From the NCBI GenBank assembly GCA_964270895.1, contig OZ185440.1: DNA of 64,000 nucleotides. The stretch is one strand, 5' to 3'. Shown piece after piece: positions 25,496 to 37,333 of this stretch (positions are counted from its first letter, which is position 1; each line of letters begins with the position of its first letter). The stretch is from Podarcis filfolensis. Lineage: Eukaryota. Both the position numbers and the translations under genes were made by a program. The notes beneath the pieces were generated by a model. The model had not been told where the DNA came from. It did no database searches and saw only the letters and a list, made by a program, of their open reading frames with translations.

Positions 25496-26797
25496 ATGCG
25501 CACTTCACAGGTTAGGAGAGAGTCAAAAGATGTCAAGGCAAATGTTACTGCTCAGATTAAGCAATTGTTAATTAAAAAGCAGCAGTAATTAATATGCCTA
25601 TGTGCCATATGGTATTGGGTCTCTCTTTACTCCTGTTGCCTGTCTCTTTCGTCTACCTCTTTCCCTAACCTCCTTTCACTGCCAAATAAAAGGTGTACTT
25701 TGAAACAAACAAATACGGAAAGTGAAATCAGTGGACAATTGTTGAATGAAATTATTTTGATTCCAGACAAAAAGAATCGCAATTAGTTATTCAGTCACAC
25801 TAACTAATCATTGAAGGATGAATGTCTGACCTCCCTGCTCTTTATATTTGTGCATGTACTTGTATGTGGTGTTGTTGCCAGTATTTCCGCTCCCAGAAAG
25901 ACTGAAAAACCACCACTGCTCATCTGTATCTTTACTGCTTATTTATTCATTTAAATTTAAAATTTGCTTGGCACTGAGACTAGGCTTTAACTGCAAACAG
26001 GATCTTTAAGACTACTAAAAATCTAGTCAATTGGTAGTTCTTATTGGCTGCCATTTTGATATGCCATATACACTTACTTGTCCAGATTTCCATGGGTGGT
26101 AATTTGTGATACCTCGTGCCAGAGAGACTGACTAAATTGTTGGGCTTGTACTTCTTGATTGTACCCACATGCCTTCATCTGAATGCAGATAAAATGGTGT
26201 AGCTTGCCATAGCAGTTGCTGAGAGAAATTTGTGTGTGGGTTTGTGTTTATACTAAAGGATCCATTTCTGGTTTTGACAATTTATAGTTTGGTGATTTTT
26301 CAGTCTCCTGTCAAGGTTTCTAATAAGTTAGCAATAAATTCTCCTGATATTCATGCTGGAAAAAAATCATTGCCAGGCTTAACACTCCTTCAATCCTTTA
26401 CTGATAGTGTCGGCTTGCTCATCTCCCCAAAATAAACTAGAATACTGCTCCCATTGTATAAATAAGGAACTCGGGGACCAGTGCTTCAACTCAAGCGAGA
26501 AGGCTGGCAGAAGGCAGCATTTATATAAAAGCAAATATCATCTATCAGGGTTTATTCCAGTACTACATACTGGTAATGATGTAAGTGTACTAACAAATGG
26601 GCAAAAGCATTGTGGTTGTGAAGTGGAAGATACTCCTCTGTTATTCACCATGTGCAGAAAAGTGGAATTAACATCAGTGAAATAGGTACTTGACTTTATT
26701 CTAAGTATGTATCTGAAGCCATGAGCTGATTTTAGGGTCAGTTTGTTACTCACTGCTATGATTATTATTTGTCTCAATTGTGTAACGTGACTAAGAG

Positions 26798-27230
26798 TGC
26801 AATTCTATTCATGTCTACTGAGAAGTAACTGAGTTCATAGGGCTTAAAGGTAAAGGGACCCCTGACCATTAGGTCCAGTCGCGGACGACTCTGGGGGTTG
26901 CAGCGCTCATCTCGCTTTACTGGCCGAGGGAGCTGGCGTACAGCTTTCGGATCATGTGGCCAGCATGACTAAGCTGCTTCTGGTGAACCAGAGCAGCACA
27001 CGGAAACACCATTTATTTTCCCGCCAGAGTGGTACCTATTTATCTACTTGCACTTCGTGCTTTCGAACTGCTACGTTGGCAGGAGCAGGGACTGAGCGAC
27101 AGGAGCTCACCCCGTCGTGGGGATTCGAACCGCTGACCTTCTGATTGGCAAGCCCTATGCTCTGTGGTTTAACCCACAGCGCCACCCGCGTCCTAGGGCT
27201 TAGTCCCAAGTAAATGGGTACAGAATTGCA
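26798..27230. repeat. Unclassified imperfect-palindromic repeat of about 90 bp, split by the Sauria SINE; other copies near 527-600, 17282-17368 and 56620-56690
   Basis: Removing the SINE and one TSD restores TGCAATTCT...gagttcatagggcttagtcccaagta...AGAATTGCA. The (c)tgagttcaatgg.cttact core recurs in the other copies. Confidence 0.6.
26847..27193 (-). mobile_element. Full-length Sauria SINE
   Basis: Reverse complement begins with the tRNA-like head GGACGCGGGTGGCGCTGTGGGTTAAACC...GGTTCGAATCCC and ends ...GGGGTCCCTTTACCTT. 9-bp TSD TAGGGCTTA at 26838-26846 and 27194-27202. Confidence 0.93.
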
Positions 27231-27514
27231 GCCTAAATATTTCCCCATTGTCTAGCTCAGACATCCCGTTCAGAATGTGATTCGAAGGTTGGAAATAGAC
27301 CGTGGCTTCACTCCTTCCATCTAATGCAGTGGTTCTCGCCTCCATTTCCTGGTTGTTCTAAGCATGGTTTTGGAATCTGGCAACTATGGTTTGCTTGATT
27401 TGAATGCCATGACAAGCTATAGTTAGAACAAATCAGGAAACTGAGGAGGAAACCAGTGTTATGTTTCTAATCCTTCCAAACTGCTGTTTAGAGGATTGTC
27501 AGAACCGAGGTTTT

Positions 27515-27600
27515 CCCACAGGCATTGGTTGGCCACTGTGAGAGTACAGGATACTGGACTAGATGGGCCTGATCCAACAAGCTTTTATGTTCTTATGAGG
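27515..27600 (+). mobile_element. CR1/L2-clade 3' tail
   Basis: ttggttggccactgtgag...atactggactagatgggcctgatccaacaag...ttatgttcttatg. Confidence 0.6.
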
Positions 27601-29402
27601 CTATAGCCAGGGTTTTGGTCTGAAGGCATGTGATTCAACAGACTTGTTGCCTTGAAGCAGGCCTGGGTATTCTCAGCATGTAGATTAGGGATACTATCTG
27701 GGAATTCTTTGGGGTCTTCCAGACAACCTATTTATTTATCATTCATCCAGATTTGCTTTCACAGGAGTTACATTGTATCTGGGGGTTCTGATTTGTTTGT
27801 GGGGAGGTCATACAACAATGAGCATTCATCCTGATTTGCTTGTGGTGTACTCATACGTCTTTGCAGTGACCATTTGTTCATGTCACACTTTTCAATGCAT
27901 TTCCCTGTCACTTCCCTAACCACAAAAGTCAGTTTCTTTTTTAAAGTGGATTTGTTGTGGTGGGATGATAAAGCACTTTAATCCACTTTAATTGCACAAA
28001 CCTAAATTTCTTAGTATGTGCTTGACTCCGTGCAAAATGCTGACAGTCTGGAGGTGCTATTGATATGCCATTTTGAGCTCTGTGGAAGAAAAGTGAGCTA
28101 TAAGTATAGTAATAATATGTAGGCTCAAAGTGTACACATCTTGTGCAATCACATCTGTCACGCCGCTGCATGCATCTATTTAAAAGGTGTCAGTCAAGCT
28201 GCATGTTCTGTGATGTATGCTCTTAAACTATAGCCCGCAAAGCAGCCCTTAGACGCGTTAGGGCAGGAGACACAGGCCTTACTGAGTCTTCTGGGTGCTA
28301 TAGTTGTCCAAATAGCACTGGGAACCTAATGTCTTTAAAAGCCATAATTTAAAACTTTTTCCAAATCATTGTGTGTTAAAAAGTCATAACTTGAGGGTTT
28401 GTTACACTTCCCTAGGTTTAGAACCACTTTTAGGGTTGCATGTCAAGTTTTTATTGGCAAACCTCAGATGTGGGAATATCACTGCTCTTTCCCTTGCTTA
28501 CTCTAGCTGCATTTTTAACAAAGTTGCTGGCATATATCAGTAGAGGGTTAACTATCTGACACAGTCCTCTAAAACTGTAAACAGCATTTTGTCCCTAACA
28601 CTTTGTGGAGTAAACTCTCATTTAACTAGGAACACCCCCCCCCCCCCACTGGTTTGGATGAAAATTGATTCTATCTATTTCTCTCAAACACCGCCACCCA
28701 TGCAGCGAAAGTTGGAGAATTAAGATTAAGAGAGGGGAAAACAGTAAAAAGGGCACACACAAAAAAAACACCACCCCACCAAGGAAAGACATATATGTTG
28801 GGAATGTTGATAGTTTTGCAAACTGGTGGGAGTTTGATTTTGGTAAAATTGTATCACTTGCCTATATCTTACACACCTGGTGTACAAGTTGTGGATCACA
28901 GGAATGTCTGGGTGTCATGTGGCATGGGCTCATTTTGGAATGTTACTGTTCTTCAGAGTACAGAAATGCTTAGCCACTTTCTGGCATGGCTGGTGACAGC
29001 TGAACTTTAAAGTTCAATATAGTGTTTAGCCCATTGGAGCTTCAATGAGCATGTTCAGTGCAAGGGTTGTACGTGGTGTGGTCATCAGGATATTCTTCTA
29101 GACCTATGGGGGAGAATAAATACTTTCTACTTCAAGACTTCCAGAGCTCTTACATTCCAGTATTTATGTGCGTATTTTTATGGACAGTACGGGAACAACT
29201 GCTTTCCTAAAATGCTTAGAAGTCCGTATAAACTGTAGGCTCTTGAATATTTATTACTAAAATATGTGAAAACGTATTTGGAACATGAACCTGTTTAACT
29301 TTAAAATACTTTATCTCATCATGAAACTCTCCTCCCATATCATAGTGGGTTGGAGCTTTGAAGCCTTATGCAACCATTTATCGCCCTCTGTGATAGATGG
29401 GG

Positions 29403-29624
29403 ACATAGGAAGTTGACTTATACTAGCTCAGCCTATTTATCCATCTAGCTCAGTATTGTCTGCTGACTGGCAGTGGCTCTCCAAAGTCTCAGGCAGAGGT
29501 CTTTCACATCACCTGCTACCTGATTCCTTTAAAAACCAAGCCAAACCAGGACATGTCAGGGATTCCGCCTAGGACCTTCTGCGCACATAGCATGTGTTCT
29601 ACCACTGAACTGTGGTCCCTTCCC
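29403..29624 (-). mobile_element. Old tRNA(Ala)-like squamate SINE
   Basis: catctagctcagtattgtctgctgactggcagtggctctccaaag...accactgaactgtggtccc is the reverse complement of the 31074-31243 family. More decayed copies near 20125-20220 and 47200-47345. Confidence 0.7.
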
Positions 29625-30633
29625 AAATCTATAGTATTTCTTAATGGTTCAGTTCTTGGTGTGTTTGGGATTTCTCAGTGCCTTCGGCTTGTTTTCTTTT
29701 TCCGTCTACCACAATAGCAGTTTTCAGACAGGCAGGACTAGAATTAAATGAGTACCCAGTGCATTTGCTTGGGGCATCAATGGGAAAAGATAAAGATAGA
29801 CTGGGATTTTGTTCTGCAGCAGTTGTTTTGAATTTTTTCCCTTGATGGTGCTCTAACTGGACACCACTACCAACCACGCTGTCTTCCCAAACCATCACAT
29901 TCAGATCCCAGGGTTAAGGCATTTTCATACATGGCACTAAAAGTATCTTGCCTTGTTCTATATATGTACTCATATAAATGCTGTTGATGTGGGTAGAGGG
30001 AGAAGTAAACCATTTTAAACCATCCCAAGTTTGCTCTTCATTCAAATATTGTCAGAGGAGCATAGGATCCAGACAAGGGAAAGCAGGAACCATACTGTAT
30101 CACGGCACCTGTAACACATCGTGAGTGAACACTTCATGTGTTGCCCAATAAAACGTTAGTTGATGGTATGCATTTGCATTTGAATCTGCTAACTGCATGG
30201 ATGAATGGATGGATGGATGGATGAATACTTTTGAGGAAGAAAAGACTACTTTGTTTTTATTTTAAAAAGTTACTTAGTTGTTTATATTTATCAGTCACTT
30301 CATGCAGCGAACTGCTAGGCAACATACAATACAATACAGTATAAACTTTCAAGCATACAATCAGTTAGATAATGTATACTTTTGTCATGGCAAGTACCAC
30401 TCTCTTGGAAGAGATACTCCCTTCTGTATACGAAGTATCATGGTGTAGATAAACACAATTCATAACTGCATGAATCACGTAGCATGTTTTCTGTTATGTT
30501 TTTTTCATCTGCAAACATTTATCTATACCTATAAAACTAATATGTACAGTTGACCTATTATAATTGGTTTGATTTAAGTGTAGCTAAGCTATGGAGAAAA
30601 GCTAGAAAAGAACTGTAGGTAAACAAAATGGAC

Positions 30634-30771
30634 TTGGTTAGAGCGCAGTGCTGATAACGCCAAGGTTGTAGGTTTGATCCCCGTTTGGGACTGCTGCATA
30701 TTCCTGCGTTGTGGGGTGTTGGTCTACATGATCCTCAGCGACCTTTCCAACTCTAGATTTCTGTGATTCTA
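30634..30771 (+). mobile_element. tRNA(Ile)-derived SINE with CR1-type 3' tail
   Basis: Head TTGGTTAGAGCGCAGTGCTGATAACGCCAAGGTTGTAGGTTTGATCCCCGT resembles tRNA-Ile-AAT. Tail ...ttccaactctagatttctgtgattcta is CR1-like. Confidence 0.8.
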
Positions 30772-31073
30772 CTCCACCCTGCCTCCTGACCAGTTATACA
30801 AACTCATGATGTTTTGGAGCAAGCTGCATGTTTTTTCTCTGTCTTTTTTCTTTAAGTGGCTAGGATTGCCTGCTGAACAAAGATGTAATGGAGGGGAATG
30901 GCAAGTTGAAGGAGATTGATTCATGTTGTTTCTATGCGTCATGTATAAGATTAAAATCTACTTTTGTGTTCCCACGCTTGTAATAGCAAAGCCTATGCTG
31001 GCGAAAATGTTCATGTGATTTAAAAATGGCTCTCCCGCTTTTAGTTCTAAATGTTTTTATCCTTGGGTAAAGA

Positions 31074-31243
31074 GGGAAAGGCTATAGCTCAGTGGCAGAG
31101 CACATGTATTGATTGCAGGAAGTCAGTTACCAGAATTACCAGGTGATGCTGGGAAATACTCTTGTCTTAAACCCTGGACAGCTACTGCCAGTCAGTGGAG
31201 ACAATGCTGAGCTAGATGCGCCAATGGCAGAAGTGACTTGCCT
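31074..31243 (+). mobile_element. Old tRNA(Ala)-like squamate SINE
   Basis: Head ggctatagctcagtggcagagcacatg. Body aaaccctggacagctactgccagtcagtggagacaatgctgagctagatg is shared with 29403-29624 in the reverse orientation. Confidence 0.7.
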
Positions 31244-32207
31244 AGTGGAGTGCAGCTTCTATGCTACCATTCTAGCAGATGGGTCTCTCTTGCTTACCAG
31301 GAGGAGGAGGGTGTGAGGCGGCAGGGAGGTTTGCATGATGATTTGCTATACAGCAGCTTCTGGTGTTTGTATTAACGGCCTTCACATGTGCTCACACCGT
31401 ATTTATAAATTGAAACAAAACAATATACAATCATACTTTTTGCCCACCAGTGATCGAAATGTTCTTTTTGAAACAAGATTCTGTAGCTGCTTTTATGGTT
31501 GTGCTGCTCTTTATGTTTGCTTTAGATGCTGTTTTTAGCTTCATAACTTTGTGTTTTTATGGTTTAATTAGGAATTTATTCTTACTTTTATTTTTATAAG
31601 CCATTTCAAGCAACTCCTTTTGTGGAGTGAAAAAGCAGAGTATAATTTTTCTACAGAATAAAAAAGCTTCAGAGGCACTGATTTGATGGAGGGAGTTGAT
31701 AAATTGAAAGAAAATATAGCAGGAATATAAAAAGGGAAGGGGAAAGGAATCTTATTGGACTATGAAGGTCTGAGCAGCACTCACAATGTAGGTAATACTG
31801 ATAATGTGTACAGCTAGGATTACTTTTTTTTTTAAAGTGTGGTTGAGATTTTGAAAACCAAGTTCTTTTTCACATTTTGAACAACTTATTTGCTGAAAAT
31901 AGAGTTTGTGTCCCTGTGAAGTAGGAAGATGCATGTTGGAAAGCACTGTCAACAGCTTTGTATAGTTAGCATGTGACTAAAAGCTGAATTGTATCTCTGT
32001 TTTGCTTGCAAAATGTTCATCATCTTTCCTGCTAACTTTGCAACTCCCACAGTCCAAGTTCAACAGCCTTTGTCTCAGAATGCTGTTTCTCCAATGCCCT
32101 ACTATCCTGTGTCCTAGTATCACTAGCCTGAAACATGTATATTTTCAACAAAACCAAAAATGTGGTAATCTCTGTGCCCTTGAATTCTCCTGCAGCTACA
32201 AGTATGT

Positions 32208-32209
<2 letters not shown>

Positions 32210-32250
<41 letters not shown>
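32210..32250 (+). repeat. (TG)20 microsatellite
   Basis: Read directly from sequence. Confidence 0.95.
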
Positions 32251-32251
<1 letters not shown>

Positions 32252-33350
32252 TAGTGTGAGGGACTACAGGAGAGAGTCGACAACTCCACATGGGAATTAA
32301 TGTCATTCATACACCCTGCGGAAATGACTTTTGAAATGCATATAATCTCAAACATGCAAATGAGAAGCTTGCTTCACCCTGTTTAATATGAATGATCAGC
32401 TTCTGAATAGCTATTATTACACGCCACATTTCAGCAATTATGTTGTTCCCAGTTTGTCGGTCTATCGTGCCAAAAAAAGGGAGGGGGGAACCATGCATAG
32501 GAAAGAAAAGGTAGAAAAAAGAAATATCCCTTTTTTGCTGCCCCTCTTCCGCTTTCAAACTTGCTGACCGCTTCTCTGATCAGTCCCAGTTAATGTTTTT
32601 TTTCTTCTTCACTTCTTTGCTGGCTTGGCAGCTAGTTTTCTTTATCAAGAGACAAAATTAAAACAAGACACCCTAGTGTGTCTGTTGTGTTTTAGCCATT
32701 TTGTTTTAGTCTTACGTCAATTGTAGATAGATTTATTAAGGTGAAATGGCACTGCCATATAGAATTGGGATAGCAAAACTCTGCCATTGATCTTAACAGA
32801 ATTGGTGTTACCAGTTTAAAAAAATTGGTATTTCCTCCTTTACGCTGATATAACTATTTGTAGTATACTGCTAAAGTAACATGAATCAATATTAGAATCT
32901 GCTTTCACTTTATGTTTAAAACAAACTCCTAGCTTTTCTGGTTGCAGAGAAAAGCTTGAAAACATGACAATAGTGCGTTCTTAACTATCTCAAATGAGAA
33001 ATTTAGAAAAAGGAACCTTTTCTTGTCTTCCAAAAAGAATTTTCTTTGAGGATCCCCTCCTGCCCTGCAAAAAATCTAGCATTTTATTAAAGTCAAGCAG
33101 ATACCAGCTGCTGGGCCTATCCAATGCCAAACCTCACTGCAAATAATTCCTGCTGTCATTGTACTAGGCAATTTACTAAGTAAGTAATCTAGAGCATCTC
33201 TCACTGGACATGTTACTGATTGTGCATACAGCTAGGGGAAACAGTTACTCTAAATAAATGCAGTCAGAAGTGATGATTTTGAATGTATGAAGAATAAAAA
33301 AACAGACTTTTTTCAACTCCTCTTTTTCTTCCTTTTGTCAATAAGTCTCC

Positions 33351-33391
<41 letters not shown>

Positions 33392-33393
33392 TG
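33351..33393 (+). repeat. (CT)n(GT)n compound microsatellite
   Basis: Read directly from sequence. Confidence 0.95.
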
Positions 33394-36300
33394 ATGTCAA
33401 CTAATTCTTGCCCAGCTCTGTAGGATGACATAGTCTTTGTCTTCCTCCTTGTAGTTCTGAGTTTTTCGCTTTTTACAAACTCATCTCATAGAGACTTCCA
33501 AAATATTAAAGTCCAGAACTTACCATACTTAATTCTATTTAGAGAAGTGAGTGGCCCCATGCCAACCAGTATACCAGCAGAGCAACCCAGGTACTCAGAA
33601 AAAGAATGTGCTTAAAAGGAAAAGGAGAAGATCATATGAATGCATATTGCTATGGAACCCTGGCAGTATAAGGGTAGAATACAGACCCCAGTTTTCCCTA
33701 TGGGCTCCTTAAAGTTGTTACGAGGTCTACTGCCATCACTATTTAAAGGTTTCCTTTGGGATGGAAGAGGAAAGTCCTCTGATCCATATTACCACTACAG
33801 GATTATTTAAGCTGTACAAGTGGCAAAATACCTAACAAGTTATAGGGTCATGAATGGGAAGAAATCAATATTGCCTCTGAACTCTTCCTAATACTGTAGT
33901 GAGTATGGGTGGGGGAGGATTAACCTCTCCTATGCTCCATTCCCCAAGTTTGAATCTCAGTAAGTATTGTTTACTTTTGTGTGTGTGATTGTGAGTATGT
34001 GATTCCCCACTCACAGCGGCATTTTCTTTAATGGAGGGTTCCTGATAGATGCATATGCTTGGGATAGAAACTATCTCTTTTCCAAAGAGTCCTTTAGGAC
34101 CACTACCTTCTTACTTGTTTAGATTTTCTTAGACAGTTTCTGAGGCTGGAACAAAAACCCCTCCAAATCAGTAGTCTTTTCTGACTGAGGACCCACCTTT
34201 TAGCCCAAACATTTCTTCCTTTTTTAAAAAAAACCACATGTATTTGTATGGTGGTACTGTGGCTGCTGCAACCCACCGTAGATCAGGACATGACCTGTGA
34301 TGAGTCGTGACCTAGCAGTTGAAGACCAGTTGAAGAAGCAGAGACAGCTTCTTTGTATTCCCACCCCCCTTTTTCATTTTAAAAAGGAAAGAAACTTTAA
34401 CTGACAAGCTTTAAAGGTTTCAAAAACAAAGTGGGACAAGCAGCTGGGTATGCTGTATTGCTTCTCCCACTATCATTCCGGTGGTGCTAATTTCAAATTT
34501 AGACATATGGGCACACGATTTTTCAGGATGGTAATATGTCCAGCCTTGCAAAGCCACTCCCATCTATGGTAAAAATGTGGAAAGTCGCCTTTGACTATAA
34601 GGTGGGTTTAAAAGCAGAGCTGCTCTCTACTAGTGCCTTGCTTTGCCTATCTGGCGGCTTCTTTGAAGTTAGGGCTGGATTTTCAAAATAGACCTGGCTT
34701 TAGTTTGCTACGGATGCCTTCCTGATGCCTGCTGGTTTACTGCAGTATGTGCTCTTGCTACTGTACACTTTGCACTTGAGCAGCAGTAATTCAATTTCAC
34801 GTTGCTGTTTGTTTTCCTTTGGATGCTTAAAAACTGTGTCACCCATACTCATATATTGCAAGGGAATAGTAACCTGCAGTGAGAGAGGTTTTACATGAGA
34901 GGTTTTGGGGGTATTGTGGCTCTTGGTATTCTTTGCTGCTATTGTGTGTGGTGGTTTTCTTGGTTTCTCTTGTCTCTAGGGTGGATTTGCCCCCTTTTAA
35001 TGGTATGTCCCAATTACTAGTATATTGGCTGCTTCAGTTTTGACTAATGTATGTGTTTTATTAACCCATTGTTTTGTTTATTTTGGGGGGTAGTGTTTAT
35101 TAATTGGCTTTCTTTTAGGCATTGAATCAGCGCTCTGCAGGCTTATTGTTGCTTGTTTTCATATTGCTTGGTTGTCTTCTGATACTTGTTTTTGTATGCT
35201 GTTTATTTGGGCTTCCTTCTGAAAGGAAAAGTGGGGTATTGGTACACGTTGAAATGAAAACACACAGCATAGCTGCTACTCTTTTTGAGCCTTGGAACAA
35301 AACAGAGCAAACAGCAGGAACATGCTTCTCACTAAAGTGTACAAAAGTTATGTTATGTTGAAGTTAAGATTGGAGTAAAGTGCTACTCTTTGAAAAAGGA
35401 AAGCTGCCTTCTGTTTATTAACAATAAAACGGAAATATTAGCATATCCTGCCCTGGTTTTTGTTAACTCTTCAGCCCAAACTTGCAGGGATTGGCAACGT
35501 ACCATTTACTTATGTACTGAGTAGCCATGAAAATGTGCACTGATTGCCTTATTCTGTGACCCTCCATGTGTTGTTAGACTCCTTCTCCAGTCAGCCCATG
35601 GCATCATGGTCAGTGGTTGGCTGTGGTGGGCGTTGTAGTCCAAACACATCTGGAGGATCAGAAGTTCCCCATCCCTAGTTTAACAGGTTTTATGTTGATG
35701 TAATCACCACTAAGACAAACTATAGAAATCGAAAACTTTCATATTCATTGCAGTTTACATGTTAAGGTAAAGAAATTCTTTGGTTTTTAACAGCATTTTG
35801 TGGAAGATGGGGGGCAAGGCTCTTTTCAAAGGCAAACATTTCCTGAAGTACCTCCTGCTTTTCTTATGAAATATTAGTTTATCCAGATGTGTTTGAGCTG
35901 ACTGCATGGCTAGGTAGGAGACTTGGAAATATTAAATTGCCAACTCCATCAACTCATGTGGGAAGTCCTTTGTTGCGCCGTCATTTTCTTTTGAAATCAT
36001 TATGTTGATAAGCCCATTTAGAGTGCAGAAACCACATTTTATCTTCAGACGTTTACTCTAGCAGACTATTCCCTAGGCCATGCAAGGCGTCATAATCCAT
36101 AATATGATCACAACAACAAAAATATAGTCAGTGGTTCATAAAATTTACTAGATCTCATGTTGTGGGAGTGAACCTGTTGAATTGGAATTCAGCCCCTCCC
36201 CCTGCCCTAGATTGAGGCATGTCATTGGAAGCAGTCATGGGAGTGCCTGTTTCCCACAATGTTTCAGCTAGGTGACAAACATACTTTCTCCTAGGCCTCC

Positions 36301-37150
36301 TGTGATGCTTTTGACTTCTAAACTCTGTATAAGGGATTCTTTTCTTCTTCTTCTATTGGTTTCTACTAAGTAAGGAGCTTCTCCAAATTCTATGCATTGC
36401 AGCAGGCCCAGAGCAAGTGTGTTATGAAAATGACTCCTGGCAGCTAAGCTATTTTAATTTCTATGAGAGTTTCACTTGGTAAAAAAGAGGACATTTAGTG
36501 TGCGTACTGAAGATGTAGCTGTACTAAACAACTTTGTGGGCACAGCTGTTCTCTGGCAAATGTCCCATTGGTTCCTGCTTTCTGGGTGTCTTGGGGCATT
36601 TATACATCTGGGATGGGGAGGAGTCTGTCGTGCTTAGGTCTTTGCAATGCAGTGTTTGAAACTGATATGAAAGCTAGGCACTAAATGGCACCTTAAACCA
36701 AGGTTATGGGCGAAACAACTGAATGCCCAGGCGTGCTTTTTCTGTAACAAGAATTCAAAGCTGAAAATGAATGAACTGCAGCTATAATATTATGTTTATT
36801 TTTCACATTGTCTAGTCCTTTCCCTGTCCACTCCCCTAATATTCTTAAGAGCGTCTCTTCTCCAGTACCTGGAAGTGGGGAGGCAGAAAAAGGTCCTCCT
36901 TTCCTTCCACTCTGCAGTTTTAATCTGAATCATAGGTGCAGTACTGCGTCCAGAGCTCAGAAACTCCTTGCACTAATGAAATTCCTTGTCGTAAAATGCG
37001 GCTAGAACAATGGGAGTTTTGAACGCTGTTGCAGTGTGAACAATGTTGTGCAGAGTGATGCCTTCCAGTATAGCATAGATAGTAGCTTCAGCTGAAATTT
37101 ATGCTCTTGTAATAGTACTGCTTTGCTTATGCAGGTGCTGCTAGCAAGTC

Positions 37151-37333
37151 ATGATGGTTGAATCTGCCTCGGAGACAATACGTTCTACTCCCTCCAGTCA
37201 GAATGGGGTCAGCAGCCTAAACAATCCAACTGATGGAGGAGGCGGTGGTGGATGTGGAAGAGAAGGAGGAGCCAGTGGAGAAACCAATGGAGAAATGAGC
37301 CCAGTGGAACTCTTGCATTTTCAGCAGCAGCAG
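37151..37333 (+). CDS. FOXP4: Forkhead box protein P4, first coding exon (61 codons); exon starts at 37135 with 16 nt of 5'UTR
   Basis: Translates to [61 protein letters not shown], matching the recalled FOXP4 N-terminus ([12 protein letters not shown]...[16 protein letters not shown]). Acceptor ttatgcAG ends at 37134, donor CAG|GTACTG after 37333, in-frame TAG at 37142-37144 nine nt before the ATG. Confidence 0.97.

Noticed and set aside
30634-30700. tRNA-Ile-like sequence as a functional tRNA
   Set aside because: 5' end missing, mismatched stems, fused to a CR1 tail: a SINE head. The same applies to the tRNA-like heads near 27110-27190 and 31074-31130.
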